Positions 17,682 to 25,650 of a DNA stretch of 64,000 nucleotides are shown piece by piece. Position numbers and translations under genes: made by a program. The DNA is taken from sequence record PZ386957.1; one strand, written 5' to 3'. Position 1 is the first letter of the stretch. Every line of letters begins with the position of its first letter. Source of the DNA: a phage. A model generated the notes under the pieces. That model was not told the DNA's origin. It searched no databases and saw only the letters and a list, made by a program, of their open reading frames with translations.

Positions 17682-19036
17682 CCCTTCAATTCTTTAAGGT
17701 CTTTCTTATACTCTTTCAAAGATGTGGTTTTCATCCAATAATCATATTCCTTATGGTGTTTTTCTGCATCTTTGACCAGTCGATCATATTCTTCTTGCGT
17801 TACGCTGTACAGTGGCATAGAAACGAGTTTATCAGCGTACTGGCGCAGTTTTTCGTGTTCCTTGATGGATTGCATTACCTCGGTCTTTTTCTTTCCCTGT
17901 AACGCGATCTCGCCCTTAATTACGCGATCAATAAATTCGGCTTTAGCCATTGCATAATTGTAGGCTTCGAGTGTCTCCGCTTGCATATGCTCAATTCGTT
18001 TATCGACATACCCTAAACGAATCTCGACAAATCGACGAATTAGGTCGCTTGCTTTCTCGAATACCTCTACTCGTCCACGTTCATTAACAACGACTATATT
18101 TTGTGCGACAAGCTGTGTCAGCTTAAAATCTTTCATGATCTGCTCATGTCGATGATCTTCGTTGTCGCTTTTGAAGTAGTCACGTTTCAGAGTAACTTCA
18201 AACCGAAAACCTTCTTTAGAGCACCGATCATTATATGAGACAATAGCGCCTTTTTCTTCCAGTACATCAAGTACAGCGACATAGCTTTCACGGTCAAACT
18301 TATAGGGAACTTCTGTTATTGTCAGCTTAGTTTTGCCGTTTAGTTCATATGTACCCTCTAGAATAACACCATCTCGGTCATCACGCGGGATAACTTTACC
18401 AGTAAATTTCGGGAATTGAACACTAGGTTCTTTATCCAGTTTTCCGGCTAGTGCTAGCTCTGTGCATTCAATAAGGCTTTCCAGTGAATGCGGTAAAATG
18501 TCAGTTTTATACCCTGTAGCAATACCACTAACACCATTAGCTAATACCATTGGCACAACTGGCAAGTAGAACGCTGGCGGAATATGTTCTAAATCTTCGT
18601 GCTTTGGTGCGCATTCCATATCTTTATAGATTTTAAAGAAGTTTTCATGCACACGAGCGAAGATATAACGTGCTGCACCTGCTTTCTGGACTAAACGCGA
18701 TCCAAAGTTCCCTTGACCGTCAAGCAGTGGAGTATTATTGCTCCACGTATTCGCCATGAGTGATCCTGCTTCTACGGCATTAGTTTCCCCGTGGTGATAA
18801 CCTAACTCAGCGACACCCGATCCAATATCTGCCATCTTACGGAATTTCTTACGGTCGCCTTTACTCTTTTGTAAAGCACATTCCATAACAAAGCGTTGCA
18901 CTGGTTTAAGTCCATCTACTAATTGAGGAATACCGCGTTCCTCTGCGGAATAGATCGCATATTCCTTAGCTTCATTATGTACAATGCTTTCAAGGCTGCG
19001 GTAAGTAACTGATTTATTCATCTTCACCTCATACAC
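17678..19036 (-). CDS. 52: DNA topoisomerase II medium subunit gp52 (GyrA-like)
   Basis: 452 aa; PQLVDGLKPVQRFV, GNFGS, ARYIFARV, GVSGIATGYKTDILPH are GyrA/ParC-type motifs as in T4 gp52. Confidence 0.92.
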   Translation of the reverse strand: MYEVKMNKSVTYRSLESIVHNEAKEYAIYSAEERGIPQLVDGLKPVQRFVMECALQKSKGDRKKFRKMADIGSGVAELGYHHGETNAVEAGSLMANTWSNNTPLLDGQGNFGSRLVQKAGAARYIFARVHENFFKIYKDMECAPKHEDLEHIPPAFYLPVVPMVLANGVSGIATGYKTDILPHSLESLIECTELALAGKLDKEPSVQFPKFTGKVIPRDDRDGVILEGTYELNGKTKLTITEVPYKFDRESYVAVLDVLEEKGAIVSYNDRCSKEGFRFEVTLKRDYFKSDNEDHRHEQIMKDFKLTQLVAQNIVVVNERGRVEVFEKASDLIRRFVEIRLGYVDKRIEHMQAETLEAYNYAMAKAEFIDRVIKGEIALQGKKKTEVMQSIKEHEKLRQYADKLVSMPLYSVTQEEYDRLVKDAEKHHKEYDYWMKTTSLKEYKKDLKELKG

Positions 19037-19391
19037 GCTTACAAATCACATTCTTTACTTTATCAGATTTATCAGCCCAATCCAATAGCCATTTTAACGG
19101 AAGGATTGACACAATAAACGGGGCAGCAATCAAAGCAAACATGATACACCGGATAATCAAGAAAACGCAAGTAACAAAGCTAGCGATAGTGATCCCGACA
19201 AAACAAAATACCATAGAAAACAGAGTAATGATATAGAAAGGCCAGAATACCCACTCCCGCATCTTAACGCCTTTGTATTCCCTGAATTGCTTAAAATCTA
19301 CAAACAATTCTCGGATAGACGCATACAGGACCGAAAAATCATCTTTCATTGCTCGAAATGAGCAATCTTCTATTTTGGAATGACCTAGCAT
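19029..19391 (-). CDS. small membrane protein (2-3 predicted TM helices)
   Basis: Hydrophobic stretches WVFWPFYIITLFSMVFCFVGITIASFVTCVFLII and FALIAAPFIVSILPL; real start may be internal Met. Confidence 0.45.
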   Translation of the reverse strand: MLGHSKIEDCSFRAMKDDFSVLYASIRELFVDFKQFREYKGVKMREWVFWPFYIITLFSMVFCFVGITIASFVTCVFLIIRCIMFALIAAPFIVSILPLKWLLDWADKSDKVKNVICKRV

Positions 19392-19393
19392 TA

Positions 19394-19687
19394 TTAACCG
19401 CCTTTCATCATTGATACTGGAATTGTTTTCTGATTTGTGTATAAGTGGCCTACTTCAAATTTTTCCTGAATCACCACAACGTTACAATATCCACTGTCTT
19501 TAAGTTTTCTGATAATGTCTCGCTTTTGTTCGTCGGTGATAGGATTGACGGTTCTCACCAATTCACCGCAAATAATAGCACCATCTTTACAATTACCAGT
19601 AACTTTCATGCTACGACCGTGAACAACAACCACATCACCGTAAATCACATTTTCGTCGTCGTATTTGGTAATAATCGTGACCGTCAT
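19394..19687 (-). CDS. hypothetical protein (97 aa)
   Basis: ORF track. Confidence 0.4.
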   Translation of the reverse strand: MTVTIITKYDDENVIYGDVVVVHGRSMKVTGNCKDGAIICGELVRTVNPITDEQKRDIIRKLKDSGYCNVVVIQEKFEVGHLYTNQKTIPVSMMKGG

Positions 19688-19732
19688 AATGTATTCCCTC
19701 TAAGAAAGGCCGCGCAAAGCGGCCTATGTTGA

Positions 19733-20050
19733 TTATTGTTCTACAGTATAGCCGTTGTTTTCAAGCCATGCAATAACAATCTTTTCACCAATTTCATCGA
19801 GCATTTCATCAGCGCCATATTCTTTAATGAAAGTCGATGGATCGTTATTGCTTACTACGTGCTGAATAACAACATGTTCAGGGATTGCATCTAGCAGTTC
19901 GCTATGATCATACTCATTAACGATATCTTCAACGGTAACATTATTAGCCAGATCCACATCGTCTAAAGTCACCGTAACGCGTCGAGATGTATATACTACC
20001 TGTTCTACTTCAACATGTGCACTTTCGCAAGTGACCTTCATATCAATCAT
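19733..20050 (-). CDS. hypothetical acidic protein (105 aa)
   Basis: ORF track. Confidence 0.4.
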   Translation of the reverse strand: MIDMKVTCESAHVEVEQVVYTSRRVTVTLDDVDLANNVTVEDIVNEYDHSELLDAIPEHVVIQHVVSNNDPSTFIKEYGADEMLDEIGEKIVIAWLENNGYTVEQ

Positions 20051-20064
20051 AATTAATTCCTCTA

Positions 20065-21066
20065 TTAGTAATGGCTAAAACCTTCGGTTACATCTTCAAC
20101 CACATAGTAACGATGACAGCGCATTTTGGCATTCGCATAATCTTTCGGGATACTTACAACGTGACGCGGATCAACTTTGCATTTAATGATTCGGCCTCGC
20201 CCACCGCCATAGTGCGGAATATAGTGTTTCGCTGCAACGTGGAGGCCATTAGAGCAAGTACGGTCATCATCTGGGTCCACATCTTTACGTTTCATTTTAA
20301 CCGTTCGTCCTGGGCTATTATCAAACGTATGCGTAAAGAAATCTTTATAATCAACATCAACACGTTTCCATGCATAGAAACAACCGTCTTCCACGATCTC
20401 AATGTCGTTGTGCTCTAAGAAGTCAAACAAACGATCTACAGCCTTACGGCTAGGGTTTTTCTTGCACTTCTCAAAGAAGTTCAGATAGTGCGTATATGGC
20501 TTATTCTCTTTAATCGACTCCACAACTCGACGAGTCAGATTATTATCAAGAACAATATTATGATAATACACAATACCATTTTCGATACGGAAAGCACCGT
20601 GATAATATACTTCAACCGCTTTCTTAATGTCAATCAGCGTAATTGCTTTAATGAAATCATTCTGCTTAACTGCCTCCAGTGCTTCATTAAAGTTAACATG
20701 TGATGGATCAGCAGTATAAACAATGTCACCACATGTAATAGTAATAAATTTAGATGAGGCTATTGCTACGATTTTTGAGGAAGTAGTCACGGGCTTTTTT
20801 GCGCGTTCACCACCTTTTCCTTTACTGGTTTTACGGCGTGTTTTACGGTTTTCTAGTGCCTTGCGACCTTCCGCTACTGCGTCTTTCTGAATCAGTAATA
20901 CACGGGAGGCAGTGCGACGAGATACGCCAAATGCTGCCGCAAGTGCTTCGCGGGTAGTAAACTTACCTTCGCCCCACTGTTTAGCCAGTTTGATTTGTTT
21001 TGCAGAGTCCAGACATTGAACGTTACGGTCAGAGACGGTGATTTTTGCTTTAGTCATATTATTCAT
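20065..21066 (-). CDS. rIIB: RIIB lysis-inhibition / rapid-lysis protein
   Basis: 333 aa; N-terminal HTH (TTREALAAAFGVSRRTASRVL) and C-terminal CSNGLHV...KVDPRHVVSIPKDYANAKMRC...VVEDVTE resemble remembered T4 rIIB; immediately downstream of rIIA. Confidence 0.75.
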   Translation of the reverse strand: MNNMTKAKITVSDRNVQCLDSAKQIKLAKQWGEGKFTTREALAAAFGVSRRTASRVLLIQKDAVAEGRKALENRKTRRKTSKGKGGERAKKPVTTSSKIVAIASSKFITITCGDIVYTADPSHVNFNEALEAVKQNDFIKAITLIDIKKAVEVYYHGAFRIENGIVYYHNIVLDNNLTRRVVESIKENKPYTHYLNFFEKCKKNPSRKAVDRLFDFLEHNDIEIVEDGCFYAWKRVDVDYKDFFTHTFDNSPGRTVKMKRKDVDPDDDRTCSNGLHVAAKHYIPHYGGGRGRIIKCKVDPRHVVSIPKDYANAKMRCHRYYVVEDVTEGFSHY

Positions 21067-21119
21067 TCCTCTATTAGTTGGGCGACTCTCGCCGCCCGAT
21101 TCACATCATTATACCAGAA

Positions 21120-21251
21120 TTATTTTGCTTCTACAACCTTGCGGATTGTGCGGTCTGATACATTATAGATTCGTGCCAGTTCGCCTTTAGTCAAGCCGCG
21201 AGCGTATTGTTTACGGATGGTTTCTTTCTGGATAGCGGTCAGTTTAGTCAT
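21120..21251 (-). CDS. small HTH protein (43 aa) between rIIA and rIIB
   Basis: Not in ORF track (<60 aa). ATG 11 nt after rIIA stop, SD AAGAGGTGA; MTKLTAIQKETIRKQYARGLTKGELARIYNVSDRTIRKVVEAK, an HTH resembling the rIIB N-terminus. Confidence 0.5.
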   Translation of the reverse strand: MTKLTAIQKETIRKQYARGLTKGELARIYNVSDRTIRKVVEAK

Positions 21252-21262
21252 AATATCACCTC

Positions 21263-23371
21263 TTAAAATTTAACATTCTTAACCAGTTTCATAAAGTCTT
21301 GTGCGCGTTTGTCGTTATGTAGAATACGATACCAGTTATCTACAATATCATACAGTAACGGGCTATTCTCTTTAAACTTCGCACAGACTGCTTTAATTCG
21401 TTCGTTTGCTGCCGTGAATTTTTCATCACAGATCTTTTTAGTTTCTTCGTCCATAATCCAACGAGTACGAAGGAGTAACTTGGAAACCTCTTTATTATAA
21501 TGACGACCGTACAGTCTGTCAATAAATTCTGGAATACAGCGTTCTAATTCATCGTCATGATACAGCATAGTGATCACGCCCAGATATTCGCCATACCCCA
21601 GATGGTTGGTCTTAACCTTCTTAGCCAGACCAGCCAGCTTACCGCGAACAAATTCTAGCGCACATTCCAGTTGTTCGTCAACGAGATATTTTTGTGTCTC
21701 GTTACGGGTAATAATATACTTTGTTACCCCGAAGTAGTCAAGCGCCTTGTGTAAGGTATCTTCATTGTAAATCGATTGACGGCTGCGGCTTTCAAATGCA
21801 TCACCTACACGGAACATATGCAAACCGGACAGTTCGCGGATCTCAGCCGCTTTCATGTGATGGCTGGTTTGGTGCCAATCATCACCAATCTTTTCCATGA
21901 TATACACGTTAGGCAGCTTAGGAGTCGTTTCACGCTGTGTACGCTCGGTCTTCTCCGGCTTAACTGCTTTAGCACGCAGATCATCGGCCTCAGACACTTT
22001 AATCACGGTCATTTCCGATTCATCATAATACTGTTTGATATACTCGAAAGTCTCCATGTGTTTTTCGTTGCTCTGACGGAACACCAGTACTTTTTTATTG
22101 ATGCCGTATTCCTGGACCATGCCGTTAAGAGTCAGTGCACGCAATTTCGGTTTATCGGTATCATCAATTACACACAGAATATCTTCTTTATGAATCCATA
22201 CAAAGTGCGTAATGTTGTATTGACTGCTAACGAAAGCAGGGCGCAATTTGCTGATCGTGTGTCGAGTACGATACAGAGTATACACTTGACCTTCTACGTC
22301 ATTAGGTGAATCTTTACCAGCATTCACAAACTTATTATAGATTTCTACCGGGTCATCCCACTGTCCGATCTTACCCATCTTGCTAATAATATTACGTTGA
22401 GTCGATGAATACTCGCTCATAAATTGCGCAAGTTTACGCTCTGTTTTAATGTTGGCGATCTTCTCTTTAACCTTTTCCAACATCATTTCATTGATTTCTG
22501 CAATGCGTTTTTCGATGTTCGCTTTAGTCTCAATTGACAAGTGAACTTCTTCACGCGATGGCATCAGGTCCAGATCACCTAACTCGAAATTGATGTAAAT
22601 GGTCTGGTGCTGGCGGTTTACAGCTTCTAACCATGTCCCGCGAACATATTCATACGGGATCGGATACTGGATCTTACCCATGATTGCATATACCACGTAG
22701 GAATCGTTATCACGTCCATCACAAACATAATAATTATCAAAGCTAGGGAAATAATTAATTTCGATTGCATTGATATTAGGTTTGTGTTCCCCAAAATGAC
22801 GCAGTACAAATTGCGCTTCTCGATGCCATGTCTGAATGTCTTTTTCTTTCACTGGAATAGTGATTTTCAGACCATTGTCTTCATCGGTCGGTTCGTCGAA
22901 AATCTGCACCATTTTCGGCATAGAGTTTTGCACAAATGCCGTAAAGCCATAAGCGCGACCATTGTAATAGTTTACGATTGTAAAGGTGTCGGTGTAGCTA
23001 TACGCAGATTTCGCACCTAAACCAAAAGATCCAATATAATCATTAGTCTGGTCTTTTGTTGATTCAAAGTAAACCGTAAACAGTTTTTCTAATTCCTTCT
23101 TAGATACAATGCCAGTACCATAGTCACGCACAGAGAAATAAGGTTCAATTGCGGTAGGCAAATGAATATCAAACGGACGATCTAAGGTTCCGGCTTCTTT
23201 GTGAGTGTCGGTAGCATTGCATGAATACTCACGGACGCAAGCACGCTCACAATATTGATAAGTGTTCTTAGAAAGCACCATAAAAGCCTTGCTGCTTGCT
23301 TTCAGAGAAAAATCAACCGCACCGCTCAGATCACTGCCAAATACTTCTTCATTATCAATATGCATTTTCAT
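21263..23371 (-). CDS. rIIA: RIIA protein (GHKL-type ATPase domain)
   Basis: 702 aa; SVRDYGTGI, DYIGSFGLGAKSAYSYTDTFTI, YGFTAF and overall architecture match remembered T4 rIIA. Confidence 0.88.
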   Translation of the reverse strand: MKMHIDNEEVFGSDLSGAVDFSLKASSKAFMVLSKNTYQYCERACVREYSCNATDTHKEAGTLDRPFDIHLPTAIEPYFSVRDYGTGIVSKKELEKLFTVYFESTKDQTNDYIGSFGLGAKSAYSYTDTFTIVNYYNGRAYGFTAFVQNSMPKMVQIFDEPTDEDNGLKITIPVKEKDIQTWHREAQFVLRHFGEHKPNINAIEINYFPSFDNYYVCDGRDNDSYVVYAIMGKIQYPIPYEYVRGTWLEAVNRQHQTIYINFELGDLDLMPSREEVHLSIETKANIEKRIAEINEMMLEKVKEKIANIKTERKLAQFMSEYSSTQRNIISKMGKIGQWDDPVEIYNKFVNAGKDSPNDVEGQVYTLYRTRHTISKLRPAFVSSQYNITHFVWIHKEDILCVIDDTDKPKLRALTLNGMVQEYGINKKVLVFRQSNEKHMETFEYIKQYYDESEMTVIKVSEADDLRAKAVKPEKTERTQRETTPKLPNVYIMEKIGDDWHQTSHHMKAAEIRELSGLHMFRVGDAFESRSRQSIYNEDTLHKALDYFGVTKYIITRNETQKYLVDEQLECALEFVRGKLAGLAKKVKTNHLGYGEYLGVITMLYHDDELERCIPEFIDRLYGRHYNKEVSKLLLRTRWIMDEETKKICDEKFTAANERIKAVCAKFKENSPLLYDIVDNWYRILHNDKRAQDFMKLVKNVKF

Positions 23372-23385
23372 AATATAATCCTCAA

Positions 23386-23643
23386 TTAATTAAACTCTTC
23401 TTTGTCCATTTCTGCGTAGATTACATCCCACGCCCACAAATCAACAAATGCATTATATGTCACTGTGCAATCGTTGTCAATCACTTCTTTCGCATATTTC
23501 TTGATGTTTTGGTAGGAAATTTGCGAATCAATTTTGTGCTTACGAAGGTGCGCATATTCAAACCTCAAGCATTTCATAAACAAATCCATTGATTTCTTGT
23601 CTCTGTTGTGATGCGAGACCATAAAATCAAAACTTCGATTCAT
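23386..23643 (-). CDS. hypothetical protein (85 aa)
   Basis: ORF track; upstream of rIIA. Confidence 0.4.
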   Translation of the reverse strand: MNRSFDFMVSHHNRDKKSMDLFMKCLRFEYAHLRKHKIDSQISYQNIKKYAKEVIDNDCTVTYNAFVDLWAWDVIYAEMDKEEFN

Positions 23644-23654
23644 TTTTCTACTCC

Positions 23655-23849
23655 TTATACATTTTCAATCACCCATTGCAGATGGGCTTCTGCGTCAACC
23701 AGTTCAGCGCGGCTTTTCTCTAAGCACTTGCTGTATTCTTTACGTTCCCAATCAGCAATTTCGTTATTCAGGACTTCTTCATAGTAAGCAATTACGCCTT
23801 TCAGGTCTGAAACTTTACGGCTTGCCAGTTCGATGTAATGGTTACGCAT
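23655..23849 (-). CDS. hypothetical protein (64 aa)
   Basis: ORF track. Confidence 0.4.
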   Translation of the reverse strand: MRNHYIELASRKVSDLKGVIAYYEEVLNNEIADWERKEYSKCLEKSRAELVDAEAHLQWVIENV

Positions 23850-23887
23850 TTTGATTCTCCTACTTGGTATCTCGTTTCGATGGGGAC

Positions 23888-23916
23888 ATTATGATATATC
23901 CCCGATCCAGTGTCAA
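23888..23916 (-). promoter_or_regulatory. early sigma70-type promoter (TTGACA-17-CATAAT)
   Basis: Minus strand TTGACA, 17-nt spacer, CATAAT, flanked by GGGGA/TCCCC. Confidence 0.55.
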
Positions 23917-23924
23917 CAACTTTT

Positions 23925-24224
23925 TTAATCTTTTTTCAGTGCATCCATTACTCGCTCTGCGATCAGTTCTCTTAAGCACTGATAACCATGATATTTGATT
24001 GCAATGTCACGCAGATCATTAACCAGTTCCCGTACTTCATGGTCTTTCAAATCGTCTCTGTATTTCGATTTAACCGTGTCTTTAGGTGGATTGCGGATAA
24101 CCTGAAAACCTTGTTCTGCAATCACTGCGGCTTCTCGTTGGCGTTCATGCTGTACGGTGTTTTTGATCAAATCAGCTTCCATGAACTTTAATACATTAGC
24201 CATCATATTACCTTTCTTACTCAT
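23925..24224 (-). CDS. hypothetical protein (99 aa; start moved to internal Met MSKKGN)
   Basis: Track start 24305 overlaps the promoter and gene 60 end; internal ATG at 24224 has SD GAGGA. Confidence 0.45.
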   Translation of the reverse strand: MSKKGNMMANVLKFMEADLIKNTVQHERQREAAVIAEQGFQVIRNPPKDTVKSKYRDDLKDHEVRELVNDLRDIAIKYHGYQCLRELIAERVMDALKKD

Positions 24225-24258
24225 TGTTAAATCCTCATAAAATAAAAGGGAGACTCTC

Positions 24259-24286
24259 ATTATAGAGAATCTCCCTTGTATGTCAA
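24259..24286 (-). promoter_or_regulatory. early sigma70-type promoter with inverted repeat around -10
   Basis: TTGACA-16-TATAAT with GGGAGATTCTC / GAGAGTCTCCC flanking the -10. Confidence 0.6.
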
Positions 24287-24289
24287 GTG

Positions 24290-24815
24290 TTATGATTGCA
24301 TCCAATCACGGCGTAAACTTGGATCATCGCCGTAGAGCATATCGAATAGCTCTTTGTAATTTTCTGGTAAAGTGATAATTTCCGTAACTGGTTCGTTAAT
24401 CACCTTGTGATAGTCTGATTCAGTCAAAGATGCCAACCCTTTGATGTATCGAATGTTATAACCTTTGATGTTATCACGGTCGGCTTCAAAGTCGTCAAGG
24501 CTATAGTACCAGCGTACATCATCACCTTTCTTTGGTTCCGCAATGATAATAGGTGTTTTCACAAACTTAATTCTACCTTCCTCGAACATTTCAGGCCAGC
24601 GAGCAAAGAAAGAAATAAGAGACGGTTTAATAGACCCTAAGCCAATAATCTCGATGTAAAGTTAGTTAGCCCGAAGGCTAACCATCGGTATCTGCGTCAG
24701 TCATTATCGCGATGTTTTTATACATTGTCGTTGGAGTCCGACGACGGCGTACATTCGTTTGCGCTTTGTATGCTACCATGTTCACATTCTGTGTGTCGAT
24801 TTTCTTTAATTTCAT
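24290..24815 (-). CDS. 60: gene 60 topoisomerase II subunit (GyrB C-terminal-like) with programmed translational bypass (coding gap)
   Basis: Segment 1 (24815..24681) encodes MKLKKIDTQNVNMVAYKAQTNVRRRRTPTTMYKNIAIMTDADTDG then TAG; after a 37-nt gap the frame resumes at GGC 24643 as LGSIKPSL...RYIKGLASL...DWMQS (track ORF 24290..24589). Both halves align with remembered T4 gp60 either side of its hop. Confidence 0.8.
24644..24680 (-). other. translational bypass (hop) coding gap with take-off hairpin
   Basis: Take-off GGT (24683..24681) followed by UAG and hairpin AGCC-UUCG-GGCU, as at the T4 gene 60 take-off site; landing GGC at 24643..24641. Confidence 0.75.
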
Positions 24816-25650
24816 CGATATACCTCACTAATTCTTCGTCATTATATGGATTATAACCATCTTTAAATCTGTCAAACATCTTAACGACCGATTTTCTAGG
24901 ACAGCTAAGGTTTAACGCTTTATGACATTTAGCCGCGCCAGTAGCTTTAAATCGATTAGGATCGTAGTTTGACACAAACCAATCATAAATGTCAATCGTG
25001 TGGATAATCGCTTCTTTTGGTGTTAATGGTTGTTTATACCATTTCATGCTACGCATTACAGCAGCACCAGCAAGAGACGCTTTTCTAATTAATTCTTTGT
25101 TGTGTTTGTTTATTCCGTAGAACTCACCTGATAGAACAAGCGGATCATCGACCGCTAATTGTCTACGTTCGCCTTTATCGTTGATATAGATTGTTCTGCC
25201 TTTTGCTTTCTTATTATCAAAGTGTCGGCCTTTATTCAGTCCTACATAAAGATCCTTGTTTTGTTTGTATTCCTCTTTAGAAATTATAACACATTTACCA
25301 TCACTGACGCGTTTAACAGACAAACGACCTACCATCATTTCTTTAGAGAAGTTGGAAACTACTGTTCTATGTTGTTCTCTCGCGAATTGGTACATTGCAC
25401 CTGTCTTATATTTTCCGCTATTTGTCATGCGGTTTAAGGCGTAGTGCATTTTTCTGTTGTTATAAATCTTGGTTAACAGTATATGAGCAAGAAAGTGCTC
25501 TCTATATGTAAACGAAACAAGATTGGAATCGTCATCACTCCCACCCATAGATTTGGGTAGGATGTGATGAACTTCGATACCTTTATCACGAACGAGACCT
25601 CGTAACCGGCCTTTTTCTACTAGTTGGTTATAGATCTTTTGATAATTCAT
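24718..25650 (-). CDS. HNH homing endonuclease (MobA-like) inserted between gene 39 and gene 60
   Basis: 310 aa; EVHHILPKSMGGSDDDSNLVSFTYREHFLAHIL is an HNH motif; 4-nt overlap with gene 39 stop; 3' end overlaps gene 60 segment 1 in another frame. Confidence 0.8.
   Translation of the reverse strand: MNYQKIYNQLVEKGRLRGLVRDKGIEVHHILPKSMGGSDDDSNLVSFTYREHFLAHILLTKIYNNRKMHYALNRMTNSGKYKTGAMYQFAREQHRTVVSNFSKEMMVGRLSVKRVSDGKCVIISKEEYKQNKDLYVGLNKGRHFDNKKAKGRTIYINDKGERRQLAVDDPLVLSGEFYGINKHNKELIRKASLAGAAVMRSMKWYKQPLTPKEAIIHTIDIYDWFVSNYDPNRFKATGAAKCHKALNLSCPRKSVVKMFDRFKDGYNPYNDEELVRYIDEIKENRHTECEHGSIQSANECTPSSDSNDNV

Noticed and set aside
19700-19725. Hairpin AGGCCGC-GCAAA-GCGGCCT considered as a terminator
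   Set aside because: No adjacent T-run on the transcribed strand; ambiguous, so not annotated.
20065-21066. 333-aa HTH protein considered as a transposase or integrase-like mobile-element gene
   Set aside because: The C-terminal conserved block and the position immediately downstream of rIIA fit rIIB; no inverted repeats or catalytic transposase motifs seen.
21776-22309. 177-aa plus-strand ORF
   Set aside because: Lies entirely antisense within rIIA, which has strong motif support; no RBS or promoter; treated as a shadow ORF. The same applies to other plus-strand ORFs inside minus-strand genes (e.g. 25902..26330, 37027..37530, 42758..43252, 50061..50573, 53404..54024).
24290-24589. 99-aa ORF as a stand-alone gene
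   Set aside because: Its frame continues upstream without an ATG to the landing codon at 24643 and aligns with the post-hop part of T4 gp60; it is the distal segment of gene 60, not an independent gene.
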